DNA of 64,000 nt from Pachysolen tannophilus NRRL Y-2460. Taxonomy: Eukaryota. This document shows, one piece after another, positions 31,352 through 44,000 of the stretch. The stretch covers positions 599,465-663,464 of the forward strand of contig KV454015.1 in NCBI GenBank assembly GCA_001661245.1, in the 5' to 3' direction. Each line of letters starts with the position of its first letter. The stretch's first letter is position 1. Position numbers and translations under genes: made by a program. The notes under the pieces are model-generated. The model was not told the DNA's origin and did no database searches. It was given only the letters and a program-made list of their open reading frames with translations.

Positions 31352-34318
31352 TTATGCCATAAAATTAATCCCCTTTTTAAGTAACTCTTTAAAATTCGAG
31401 TTATATATCCTATTATCTTCCCATATGATTCTATCTATTTCTCTCCGACCACTATCTAAATCCAACTGATCTAACCTATGGACTTTGGTCCTTCTAACAA
31501 CTTTGTAGCCAATATAACAAAGCAAAAATAAAAAAATTGATCCATAACTAGTGAAAAAATATGCAGTTGTCCAATTACCTTTCATGAAAACTACAAACCC
31601 ACTGATCAAGACCAAAATCATCGACGATACCAATCCATAATATGCCAAGTAAGGTTGACATGGTGATCTATAAGGGTAATTCTCATCATCTCTGCCAATG
31701 ATATCTGGTCTTAATTTCAAACCGTGATAAAACCTTATAAACGATAAACACATTCCTCCCCATACAATTAAACCTAATGAAGAACATATGCTAAGAAACC
31801 TCTCAAATACCTCAGCTGTATTATTTGTTACTGTGAGGTAAGCGAGAGATCCAAACATCCCGGTAAATAATACACTAATGTAGGGGACACCATTTTTAGA
31901 GCAAATACTGAAAACTTTTGGGACTTTACCTTGAATTGACAAATAATATAATGTTCTTGAAGACAGGTATAATTGCGAAGACCCAGCAGTCAATGCAAAA
32001 TAAACTAAAAAAGCATTTAATACACTGGCAAAATTACAGAGTCCAGTACTTTGAAATGCAATTACCCATGGTGATTGGTTTCCATTTGCAAAACCTGCCC
32101 ATTCTAATAAATAGGTATCACATTCAGCTCCTCCATTCAATTCAATGATTTTATCTATCATCAGTTTATCCTTCTCTGCATTAAGGCTTCCAGTATCTGA
32201 AACGAAATATCTCAATAATCTGGGGTCACCACTGTAAATGTTTAATCCAACAACAAACACTGCTATTATGTAAAACAACAAAACCCTCCAGTATATGGTT
32301 TTAGTAGCTAATGGTATAGCTTTTCTTGGGTTTCTAGCCTCACCACCAGCAATCAAAGCAATTTCTATTCCAATATACGCATATGAAGCAACAACAGTAG
32401 CTACTAAAACAGATAAAAATCTCCCTGTTGCACCCCCTATTCCGTTCAACGACCCTAGACCAGCATCTGACAAATCAAAAGTTGGTCTAAATGGACCATA
32501 AGTGATTGAATTCAGTAAATCACTTTTACTACTATCCCAATATGTAAAGCCGATATCACGATGATATGGTGGAACACCTCCTCTATTTAAAACAATCATG
32601 AAAATTATTAAAGCCAATAACAATATTGATTTTACAAGCGAAGTTACATATTCCACTTCACCATAAACTCGCACATCAAATAGATTCACAGCAATGACAA
32701 CGACCAAGAAAAACGTAATCCATCCAGCAGTGGATTTAGAAGGAATATCCAAGTTTTTATAATAAGATAACATAATAGTAGCAGCAGTTATTTCTGATGG
32801 TAAACTAACCATATAATTAAACAAATAGCATATCCCTAGAGAAAATCCAAAAGCATCTTCAACAAATCTTGAAGATATACCACTTACACCACCAGCTAAA
32901 GGAATTAATGTCACCATTTCACAAAATGAAAACATTGTGGAAATAACAACTGATCCTGCAATTATGAATCCAATAATAGTACCCAATGGACCTGCAATAG
33001 AGAAAGCTTTCCCGCTTGCCAAAAATAAACCAACACCGATAGTTCCACTTAATGCAATCATTTGTAAATGTCGAGGTTTCAATTTTCTATGTATTTCGCG
33101 ATCATAATGTTTTTTAGAACCATTACCTGAATTTAAACCATTATTGCTAGTATTATTATTTCCCTGTTGCAGATATTGCTCCGGGTGATCAAACGAAGAA
33201 TTAATGTTACTTAAACTTATGGAATCAACTTCAACAGAGCTAAATTTTTTCCCCGTAGCAAGTCTCCTTAAATTTGTCATGTGTGAAGAAGTTTTCATTT
33301 GATTCTTTCCCCTTGAATTTGTTAAAATATTATAATTTTGATGATCTATTGGAATGTTATAGTTTAACTCATAATCTATAATATTCGTTTCCAGAGATTT
33401 CAAATTATCCAAATTTGGATATTTTGAATCAAATTTATTATGATTATGATTATTATTATTATTTTTTTGTAATAAAGTAGTTGGTAATTTTTTATTAAAA
33501 TTGCTTAAAATATTTGTTCCTTTCCCCTTTCTTAAATTTTCTAAAAAATTACCATGATTATGTCTTTTAATTAAAGTTTCATCATTTCCAGCAATATATT
33601 TATCATCTTCGTTTAAATCCCCTGGCCGTACATTCATACTATATGAATCATCTATTATTGATGGAAAATAACTATTATTAAGATATTTTTTAGTCTTTTG
33701 TCTCAAAAAATTTTCTGTCTTGACTTCCTTATCATATTTGGCAAAATCTGACAAAGTTTCATTATTTATTTTATAATCAATATTTCTTTTCTTAAAAATA
33801 GGTTCATATAAATTTGAGAAAAAATGTCTATCAGTAGTCACGGACAATTCATCTTTCAACTTGGCCTTATCCAAAGTAGAAAGCGCATCTGCAATCAAAG
33901 ATGAAGTCAACGAAATGGGCACCGCTGATGACAGTATACTACTGGCCCCATCTTCTATAGTAGCATCAACTGTATCACTACTAATATAATCCGAAGTAGA
34001 TGATACATCCAACGAATCCACATCTTCTCTATACCTAGAAGATTTATGATCATTATTACTATATGACAGTTCATGATTGTTATTATTACTTAAGCTTGAA
34101 ATACCATTTGGTCTATGTGGAAATAAATCTTTAAAGGACAGAATATCTATATTATGTGTTTTAATCGAAGGAACATTATCTAAAGCTTTATTACTATAAT
34201 TTGTTTTCGATTTATTAACTATAGGAAACAACTCATATTCTTCTTTTCTCTTCGTCCCTGAGTTAGACCTGGGCTTGCACCCTTCAGCCTTCAGATTCTG
34301 ATCACTAATAGATTCCAT
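31352..34318 (-). CDS. SSY1: SPS amino-acid sensor Ssy1 (APC permease family with a long N-terminal extension)
   Basis: About 400-aa hydrophilic N-terminus, then RKLKPRHLQMIALSGTIGVGLFLASGKAFSIAGP and GPFRPTFDL. Ends LDQLDLDSGRRE.DR.IW. Confidence 0.92.
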   Translation of the reverse strand: MESISDQNLKAEGCKPRSNSGTKRKEEYELFPIVNKSKTNYSNKALDNVPSIKTHNIDILSFKDLFPHRPNGISSLSNNNNHELSYSNNDHKSSRYREDVDSLDVSSTSDYISSDTVDATIEDGASSILSSAVPISLTSSLIADALSTLDKAKLKDELSVTTDRHFFSNLYEPIFKKRNIDYKINNETLSDFAKYDKEVKTENFLRQKTKKYLNNSYFPSIIDDSYSMNVRPGDLNEDDKYIAGNDETLIKRHNHGNFLENLRKGKGTNILSNFNKKLPTTLLQKNNNNNHNHNKFDSKYPNLDNLKSLETNIIDYELNYNIPIDHQNYNILTNSRGKNQMKTSSHMTNLRRLATGKKFSSVEVDSISLSNINSSFDHPEQYLQQGNNNTSNNGLNSGNGSKKHYDREIHRKLKPRHLQMIALSGTIGVGLFLASGKAFSIAGPLGTIIGFIIAGSVVISTMFSFCEMVTLIPLAGGVSGISSRFVEDAFGFSLGICYLFNYMVSLPSEITAATIMLSYYKNLDIPSKSTAGWITFFLVVVIAVNLFDVRVYGEVEYVTSLVKSILLLALIIFMIVLNRGGVPPYHRDIGFTYWDSSKSDLLNSITYGPFRPTFDLSDAGLGSLNGIGGATGRFLSVLVATVVASYAYIGIEIALIAGGEARNPRKAIPLATKTIYWRVLLFYIIAVFVVGLNIYSGDPRLLRYFVSDTGSLNAEKDKLMIDKIIELNGGAECDTYLLEWAGFANGNQSPWVIAFQSTGLCNFASVLNAFLVYFALTAGSSQLYLSSRTLYYLSIQGKVPKVFSICSKNGVPYISVLFTGMFGSLAYLTVTNNTAEVFERFLSICSSLGLIVWGGMCLSFIRFYHGLKLRPDIIGRDDENYPYRSPCQPYLAYYGLVSSMILVLISGFVVFMKGNWTTAYFFTSYGSIFLFLLCYIGYKVVRRTKVHRLDQLDLDSGRREIDRIIWEDNRIYNSNFKELLKKGINFMA

Positions 34319-34994
34319 TTTGTGATCCCGCTGTTTAAAAAACTATCATATAAAAAGGAACCCTTTTTGTTTTCTAATTAATTTTTTTTTTCTTTGTTTT
34401 CTTTGGGTTATTTGAGCCTTAGATTTTTCTCTATATTTCGAGGAAATTTTTCTCATTTAACTTTCTTATCTAAAGGCGGATAATTTGATACCCTGCGCAC
34501 GACACCGAGAAAATTGTAATAAATAGAAGGAAGGAGTTTTAGTTTTACACAGTAAGATGAAGAATTTTTTCAATTTTATTATGATGGATTAAGATTGAGA
34601 TTGAAAAGTGTTTGGGCCTACAACTTAGGAGAAAAATAACTAGTTTCTATCCTGACTTGATTAATTCAAATAATGAATGGTGTTTAAACTAATAAATAGA
34701 CACGTACATATATATATATGTATATATATGGAACTTTATAAAAACCTGAAATATATATATATACTTAATTGTTTTTTTTTTTCAATTTTTCAATTTTCTT
34801 TCTAATATTATTGGTTTTTGATAATCTCTGATTAACACTATATACATTAAAAGCAAATCTAGAAACGGTTCTTTTTAATCGTTAATATTGTAATTATTAC
34901 TATTATTATTATTTTCTTCTTAATATTATTAATTTTTTTTTCTTTTTTTCAATATCGTCTCATATCTTGTTGGGGATCAATCTCTACCTCTACC

Positions 34995-35327
34995 TTATTT
35001 GGTAGCACTTAACAAGTATGTAACCAAATCGTTTCTATCCTTGGCTTTCTTTAAACCACCAAAGGCCATCTTAGTACCTGGAATATATTTCTTTGGGTTT
35101 TCCAAATAATCACTCATAGTTTGTGCTTCCCACAAGACACCTTTTTGCTTGTTAGCATCGGTATATGAATAACCTTCAGCTTGACCAGAGTGTCTACCAA
35201 AAACACCGTGCAAGTTAGGACCAACTTTATGAGCACCACCAGCTTCAGTGGTGTGACATTGTAAACATCTAGTTTTAAATAAAGTGGCACCTTTCTTGGC
35301 TGAACCTTTTTCGTATGGAGCTGGCAT
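34995..35327 (-). CDS. CYC1: Cytochrome c
   Basis: CLQCH heme motif, GPNLHG and [19 protein letters not shown]. Confidence 0.99.
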   Translation of the reverse strand: MPAPYEKGSAKKGATLFKTRCLQCHTTEAGGAHKVGPNLHGVFGRHSGQAEGYSYTDANKQKGVLWEAQTMSDYLENPKKYIPGTKMAFGGLKKAKDRNDLVTYLLSATK

Positions 35328-38105
35328 TTCTAAATTCTAATAAAATTAAATATTCCAATTAAAGATTGAATATCTTAACAACTATTATTTTAATAAAAAA
35401 AACAAGAGATTTATTTTTTTTTCTCTTTTATAAAAAAAACTAAACGGATTTCGTCACAATTTAAATGATTTTTTTAAAAAAATATTTTCCCATTTCCCAA
35501 AAAGTTCCCGCTTTGTATTAAAGTCAATGTATTTTAAATTCCTAAAATATTAGTGGCTAAAAAAATTTATGCGCTCGTTTTTTCCCGGTTACGCAGTCAT
35601 GACATGACCTTATTTCACAATTACTTATATTTCCATTTTCTTTCTTATAAAACTTTTTTTTTTTCCATTTTTAAGAATTGCATTGGCAGTAATCATACTG
35701 ATTAATTTCACCTTGAAATTTAAATATTCTTTTTAATGTGTAAATTTAGTTTTAATATTTAAAATAAAAATTGGGTATTGTATTTAGCTGCCAATTATCT
35801 GTTTACGTACTTGATCTGCTCCAGCCGAACGAACAGAAAAATAAAAAAAAAAAAAAAAAAAAAAAGTCTCACTGGTTATAATGGAAACAATAATAACCGC
35901 CCTTCTTTATTGTTCAAAAGCCCCAATTCGGGTGACAAAAGGTTAAAGACATATATATATATATATATATAATAAAGAGATGTATAAGTTGTTAAGTATT
36001 CCAGAAGCATATATAGAATCAAAATGTAGAAAATTTTTTAAGTCTGATATCTAGGTTTCAATATTAGGTATTATTAAGTAGTGAGAATTTTTAGTTTAAT
36101 TCTTGTTGTTTTGTTTATTTTTCTTACACTCTAGTTCCCAATATTTGATAATAAATTTGAAAAAAAAAAAAAAGAAAGATGACAATTACAACCAGAATAG
36201 AGTTTGATCATTACTCATAATTGAATCATTTATTAAATTAAGTTTTTTCGTATTTTTTTGAAATTTTTGAAATTTTTTATGCAGCAGAGTCAAAAAGAAA
36301 AGAGAAAAAAGAAGAGATGATGATAATAATTTCCGTTATAGAAGTTTGTCGTCGAAAACCGATGGTACCTACCAACCTTTTAGGTTTATTTTTTTTTTTT
36401 TTTTATTTATTTATTGATTTGTTTTTCTTTAAAAAAAAAAATAAAAAAATTTTACCAATTCTTCAAGTGGGGTTTTGGAGATGTCCAATTTACTAAATCG
36501 TTAAAGAATCTTGATGTATATTTGACGTTTTGTTCTTTGCTCTTGTAAAAAATTGTTTTCGTTCATGCGGCTTGTGCTTTAAAAAAAATTTTTTTTTTCT
36601 TTACTCTGCATAAAGGGTGCATGATAACAGATGTTAAGAAGAATAACGTCCCGAATTCTCCTTTCTATTTGATTGCTACAAATATATATCATCTATGAAA
36701 AATAAACCTACTTTTAATTACCTTTATTGGTATTTTAAATTTATGAAACGTAGGAGATAACGTTTCCCGAATTTTTTTGAAGATAAACACCGTAAAGCCT
36801 AAAATTGGGGTCTATTTTAAGAAAAAAAATTGTTCTGGCTGCGTGCGAGAAAGTACTTTTATTTCTAGAATTATATGGTTGTAACTTATTTCATCTTGCT
36901 TAAAGCCTAAAGTAAATGGATTAGATGAAAAATGTAACACTATAACAAATCATCTGATTTCTGTTAACCGAGAAAACTAGTTTGAGGGGGAAAGAAATAA
37001 AATAATAAATAGAATTGAACACGTTGAAAGAAAAGAAATAAAAGGTATTGAAACCGTTTTTTGTTTTTGTTTTCAATTGATTGATTGATTGATTGATTGA
37101 TTCTTTCTACTTAATATTATCATTTATATAAATTTATAGATGAATTTTTAACAAAGATTTAATTTGTGTAGTTAAACAATCTTGGGGTAGATTCTAGCTT
37201 ATTGCTTGAAACTATTTGTTTCACATTTGAGCTTAATAAAGTTTATAGAGAGTCCTCCGTCAAAAACCGCTCGTAGGAAATCAATTTATTTCTTGGAACA
37301 CATGTATTATGTTCAGAAGAACTGGACGGATCTATTTCCTTTTTCTTTAATAGCAATTATTTTTCTTCGGTTTTTCGGTTTTCTGTTACAAACTCAAGTT
37401 TAGGGTTATTTTGCATTTAGATTATTTACAATACGTTACAAATGCAAGAGAATCTTCGATTAACCTTTGCTGTTTTTTTTTTAGCCGTGTCGTTAACTGA
37501 ATCACTTCTTTCAACGTTTAAATTGTTTACAATTTTTTTTTGAAAAAAAAAAAAATGACTTTAGCTAACTTCAAAACTATTTAATTAAAGTTCTGTATAT
37601 GTTATCAAATGAACAAGAAACGTCAATGAAGAAGAAAAAAAAAAAAAAAAACTAATGGTTGCTTCCTTGAATAATAAACCTAAAGTAAAGTTCAGTGCTT
37701 GGCTGTAAAGAAGCCCATTTCTAATTGTTGGGAGAACAATTTTTTTTTTAGACGCAACTAAGTAAGCAAATAGTGAGGTAATCAACTTTAAACTTTATTC
37801 AGCGTGTAAAAAATTTATCTGACTTCTTCTATCTATTTAAGTTACTTAGCGTAGTTAAAAAAAAGAAAAAATACCGTATTCTACTCCATGTTTCATGCAA
37901 AAAATTATTTTGTCTCTTAATTTTTTTCTTTTTTTTCTGGCTATCTCCAACTGTTAAAAAGTATATTTTACAAAAATTAGGTTGTTTATTGCCCTTCTAC
38001 GTCAAAGTGATAAAGTTAAAATGATTTGAAAGAGAGAAAAAAAAGAAATCTTGTCGGAGTTTACAACTAAATATTTTGGTATTTTCGCAAACCATTATAA
38101 AAATT

Positions 38106-38146
<41 letters not shown>

Positions 38147-38209
38147 AAATAATTTTTTTTTGTCATGAGTAAAAGTAATATTTTCTAAAAAAACAAAATA
38201 GTAACGAAT

Positions 38210-39104
38210 ATGCCAGTTACATTATTAGATGAAAACTGTTATTCACTTGACAGTTTTCCTCAAGATGATGGATTTTATGCAAAGAAAGAAATTTTTAAAA
38301 AAAATAATAATACAAGAAATGTATTTGATGAGAATAATGAAGGAGAAGTTATTAGAAGAAAACTTTTAAATTTTTCATTTCCAAATACAAATCAAAATCA
38401 AGAACCGTTATCTCCAAAATCGGACTGTGGACCACTTGATGCACCACTTGATGCACCATTGGAAACACGGTACGATGGTTATAATTATAGTGACAATGGA
38501 TGTCCACTGTTATATGGCGGTTCTCCATCATTGTCCAATCATCATTCTCGTTCCACAGCCATTTCAATCGATTCTTCTATATCCAAAATTTCAACTGCTC
38601 CTAGCAATTGTAGTAGTTTCACTACAAGAGAAAGTTCAGAAGCACGGTTATCATTATTTCCAAACTATGAGATTAAACAAATACCAGTACCATCACAACC
38701 TGTTACCATAGATTTGGATGAAGTTTCTAGAGCTTTTACAAGAAGAGAAGCCGTTGGCGGCGTGAACATGAATCTCCCATTGGTCAATAAGAGATCAGGC
38801 TCATTTGCCAAAGTCATGGAAGATGTTAGTGAAGATGAAGAAGATAAAGAAAAAGAAAAGGAAAAAAATGAAGAGGAAGATAAAAATAAAGATAATAATA
38901 ATAGCAGCATCTCTAATAGCGTTGACGCTGAATTAGACAGAACAATTGGACTATTGGAATTCTTGTTAACAGACCCAATGGAGGAAACAGTGGACTTGAG
39001 AAATGAAGTCAATAAGAAAAGATGTATTCATCAGGATGATGAAAATATACTGCTTGTCCAGTCTACATTTTTTGAAAAAAACTTGTCTGACCAAGATACA
39101 GTCA

Positions 39105-39136
<32 letters not shown>

Positions 39137-39256
39137 ACATCAGATAATTACAGCAACACACCTAGATTTGAAAGAAGAGGTAGTTTAATTACAAGACTGA
39201 TGAAAAACATAACTGATAACTTGAGAATCCGATACAAGAGTATGGATGACAATTAA
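38210..39256 (+). CDS. Hypothetical low-complexity protein (348 aa)
   Basis: Long ATG-initiated ORF downstream of a (TA)n/TATA region. No domain recognised. Confidence 0.65.
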
Positions 39257-41070
39257 AATAAATAAAAATTTTTATTATCTACTATTTTTTTTTAGTATGG
39301 TGATTTAGCATATCTAACTTTTTATAAGGAAAATAAAATAATAATAATAACAATAGTAAATAAAACTTTTAATTGTAGTAGTAATAATAATAATAATTTG
39401 ATAAGTTTTTACTTTTTTTTTAGTTACTTACATCTTGATGCATATGAACATTATTTTTTCGTTAATCGGCGATGAGCACTTTTCTTTTCCTAAAACAGCC
39501 AAATGGGTAAAAACACCGAAGAAGACGGATAGATTTAAGGTTAAGATGAAAGGTACAATAGTAACAAAAAGTAATAGGGGCGTCCAGCCCCTTTTCCAGC
39601 CCCTTTTTCCTTCCCATACAGAACAAAACAAAAAAAAAAACTTGTTTGTTTGTTTACATATTTAAAAAAACAAAAATATTATTTTTTTTTCCCTTCCCTT
39701 TCGGTTCGGCAAAAAAGAAAAAAAAAGAAAAGAAAAAAGAACTCGCACAAAATTTAATTTTTTTTTTTTGAGAATTTTCCCAAAAAAACAAAAAAAAAAA
39801 AAAGTGCGGTATTTTTTATAACGCGGCAAACTTTTGTTACCACAACAATTTTTTTTTTTTTTTTCAAAACAAAAAAATATCCTAGAAATTTCTCATGCAA
39901 GGTCCGGAGAAGAGGATATAAGAGATAAAAGCAGTTGAAGTTATTACTCAAATTTATTGAAAAAAATTGGTTTCAACCAGTAGAAACAATCGAATTGATA
40001 CACTACTTTTAACTTTATTTTCGAACACGGCAAATCAAAAACAAGAGAAAAATAATAAATACAATTATTAAGAAACAAAAAAAACTTAACACATTAATAA
40101 TATACTAACTATTACCTGATACCTAAATATTAATTAATTACCTTGATCAGTTGGTCATCTTGACTTAAATAATCCATCTCAATTTATTATATTTTTTTTC
40201 TTTCTTTCTTGTTTTCAATGATCTAGAAAGACCAATCAATTGATAACAATGCTATTTTATTACTTCTTACCTATTACCTATTCAGCACTAACCGATAGAT
40301 AATGCACGATCGGTTCGTACATATTTTATTCTCTCAAAAGGGTGAACAGAAACTAACCGAGCTGATAAAAAGTTTTTTTTTCGCAAAAAGTGTGCGCACT
40401 ACTCTCATGATACGCTTCAAGAAAATTAAGATGCGCAAACAACATTATCATAGAAAAGTATACAAAAGTATTACAAAAGTATACAAACACCACTGTAAAT
40501 TTTGATAAAGCGTTACAAAAAGCGGTGGAAAGTGAGAGCTGTAAATACGCTTGTGCGTGCGCAGTAAGCGTACCTCATTATCTCACTCAGTTAATATAAT
40601 TTTCTTTATTACGCGGGAACCAACTCTTTTTTTTTTCTCTTAAAAACTTACATACGGAGTAAAGTTTTTTATTTACCAATTACCTCTAATAAACTAGTCA
40701 AATTTAACCGCTAACCGTCTTTTTTTTTAAAATTATTACGGCTAATATTAGGTATTATTATTATTATTATTTTTTTTTTATGTGAAAAAAAAAAAACAGC
40801 GCTTAGGTTCAAAATGAAAATGAAAGATGAAAAAAGTATAAATATGAATGAATATCCAGATGAAAGTAAGGAATTGTTAAAATGAAGTTTTGTTTTTTAA
40901 TTTGATTTTTTAATTTACTTTCTTATTTATTTGTTTTTTGTTTTTTTTTTATTTTATTTTATTTTCTTTTTTTTTTCATTTAATTTTTTTTACCAACTTC
41001 TTAGTTCTATTTCTGAAAAGTTGGCTTATTGAAAGGAAAGAATAGAATATAATAAAAAATTTAGTCAAAA

Positions 41071-44000
41071 ATGGCTGATCATAATAAAGATAGTGATCTT
41101 GAAAGTTTGGATTCGGGTGCTGAAAATATTCAACCATATGACCCAAATGCAGTAACCAATGAAAAAATTGGTAAGCATTCGACCAAGTCTTCTTTCCAAA
41201 GTAAACGTTCTACTGCTGATGTTGAAGGACAAGATGGTGATATGCTTTCAAATCATATCTCGAACATTTTAAGTTCTCCAGATGGTGTTCAAAGAATTGA
41301 AAGTTTAGCAAGAGTCTTGTCAAGAAAGACAAAGACTGAAATGCAAAATTTTGAAGTTAATGCTGATAATTTTGATCTTGAACTTTTACTTAATTATCTT
41401 CATGATAAATCTCTGGAACAAGGTATTGTTTCCAATGAGGCTGGTGTTGCTTTCCATAATTTAACAGCAACAGGTATTGATGCTTCTGCTGCATATGGAC
41501 CATCTTGTGAAGAAATGTTAAGAGATGCTTTTAAATGGCCAGCAAAATGGTTTAAGAAAGATACTACACCAATAAGAAAAATTATTCAAAATTTCACTGG
41601 TGTTATAGAAGCTGGTGAAATGTGTTTAGTAATTGGTAGACCAGGTGCTGGTTGTTCCACATTATTAAAATGTCTTTCTGGTGAAACTAGTGAAATGAAA
41701 GGTGTTGAAGGTAGCATTTTATATGATGGTTTATCAAGTGAAGAAATGATGAAACATTTTAAAGGTTATGTTGTATATAACCCGGAATTGGATTTCCATT
41801 TCCCATTAATCACTGTTAAACAAACAATTGATTTTGCATTGAAAACTAAAACTCCACGTAAACGTATTGATGGTATTTCTAGATCTCAATATGTTGATAC
41901 GATGAGAGATTTATGGTGTACCGTCTTTGGTTTAAGACATACTTATGCTACAAAAGTAGGTAACGATTTCGTTCGTGGTGTTTCTGGTGGTGAAAGAAAA
42001 AGAGTTTCATTAGTTGAAGCCCTTTGTTGTAATGGTGCCATTTATTCTTGGGATAATGCAACAAGAGGTTTAGATGCTTCCACTGCTTTGGAATTTGCTC
42101 AAGCTATACGTACAGCTACTAATATGTTAAATAACTCAGCTTTAGTTGCTATTTATCAAGCTGGTGAAAATATCTTTGAATTATTTGATAAAGTTATTGT
42201 CTTATATTTAGGTAGACAAGTTTATTTCGGTAGAGCTAAAGATGCTAAAGCTTATTTCCAAAAAATGGGTTGGTTCTGTCCTCTGCGTATGACAACTCCA
42301 GAATTTTTAACTTCTATTACAGATCCAAATGGTCGTACTCCAATTGAAGGAATGGAAGATAAAGTTCCAAATACTGCTGAAGAATTTGAAAACTATTGGT
42401 TGAATTCTCCAGAATATCGTGAATGTTTAGCAGAATACGAACGTTATTCTTCTTTACATCCTGAAGATGAAACTAGACAAAGATTGGAATTGGCTACTAA
42501 ACAAAGAAAACAAGTTCTTCAAAGAAAACAGTCACAATTTGTTGTTAACTATTTTTCACAATTGTTATATTTGATTCAAAGAGGTTTCCAAAGAACTCTG
42601 GGTGATTTAACTTATACCTGTATTTATTTGTCCTCTTTCTTAACTAAAGGTTTAGTCGTCGGTTCTATGTTCTATAAGATTCCTGAAACTACTGATGGTG
42701 CTTATAGTCGTGGTGGTATATTGTTTTATTGTTTGCTTTTCTGTGCTTTAACTTCTTTGGCTGAAATTGCTCATAGTTTTGCTAATCGTCCAATTCTTGT
42801 TAAACAGAAAAGTTATTCCATGTATCATATTTCTGGTGAAGCATTACAAGAAATTATTTCCGAATTACCTGTTAAATTTATTGCCGTTGTTGTTTTAGCT
42901 CTTACTTCTTACTGGATGCCTCATTTAAAACATGAAGCAGGTGCGTTCTTCAGTTTCTTTATCTTTTTGTTAGTTGTTCAACAATGTATGAGTTTTATTT
43001 TCAAACTTGTTGCTACTGTTACTAAAGATGGTGGTACTGCTCATGCTCTTGGTGGTTTATGGGTTCTTATGCTTTGTGTTTACACAGGTTTTATCTTACC
43101 ATTACCAAAGATGCATCACTGGATTAAATGGATTAATTGGTTAAACCCAATGCGTTATTGTTATGAAAGTTTGGTTGCCACTGAATTCCATGGTAGAATG
43201 ATGGAATGTGCTGCTTTAGTTCCTTCTGGTCTTGGTTATGAGAATGTTTCTCTTTCAAACCAAATTTGTAACTTATATGGTGCCGTTGCTGGTGAATCTC
43301 AAGTTTCTGGTGATAAGTATATTACTGCCAAATTTCACTTTCACTTTTCTCATACATGGAGAAATTTCGGTATTAACATTGCATGGACAGCAGGCTTTAT
43401 TATGTTGAATGTTATCTTATCTGAATTCATCAAGAATGTCGAAGGTGGTGGTGATATGTTATTATACAAAAGAGGTCACTTACCAGAAGCAGGTTTAGAA
43501 GTTGCTGATGCCAAGGTTGCAACAAGAGATGAAATGATGGAAGCTCTTAATGGTCCAGGTGTCGATTTGGAGAAAGTTATCGCTGAAAAAGATGTCTTTT
43601 CATGGCAAAAATTGGAATATGTTATTCCTTATGATGGTGCAACACGTATGCTTTTGGACAATATTCAAGGTTATGTTAAACCAGGTACAATGACTGCTTT
43701 GATGGGTGAATCTGGTGCAGGTAAGACAACTTTATTAAATGTCTTGGCTCAACGTGTGAACTTTGGTGTTATCACTGGTGATATGTTTGTTAATGGTAGA
43801 CCAATTGATTCATCGTTCAAGAGAAGAACTGGTTATGTCCAACAACAAGATTTGCATTTAGCAGAATACTCTGTCAGAGAATCTTTAAGATTTGCTGCTG
43901 ATTTACGTCAACCAAAGAATGTTCCTCAATCAGAGAAATATGAATACGTTGAAAAGATTATTAACTTATTAGGTATGCAAAACTATGCTGAAGCTATCAT

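Noticed and set aside
34839..34846. Puf3-like TGTATATA 150 nt downstream of CYC1
   Set aside because: It is a single 8-mer in (TA)-rich DNA and the 3' UTR end is unknown, so it cannot be distinguished from chance.
40866..41004. Possible 5'-UTR intron in PDR12 (GTAAGG...TACCAAC...TAG)
   Set aside because: Both donor and branch site are non-consensus, and the branch is very close to the acceptor.
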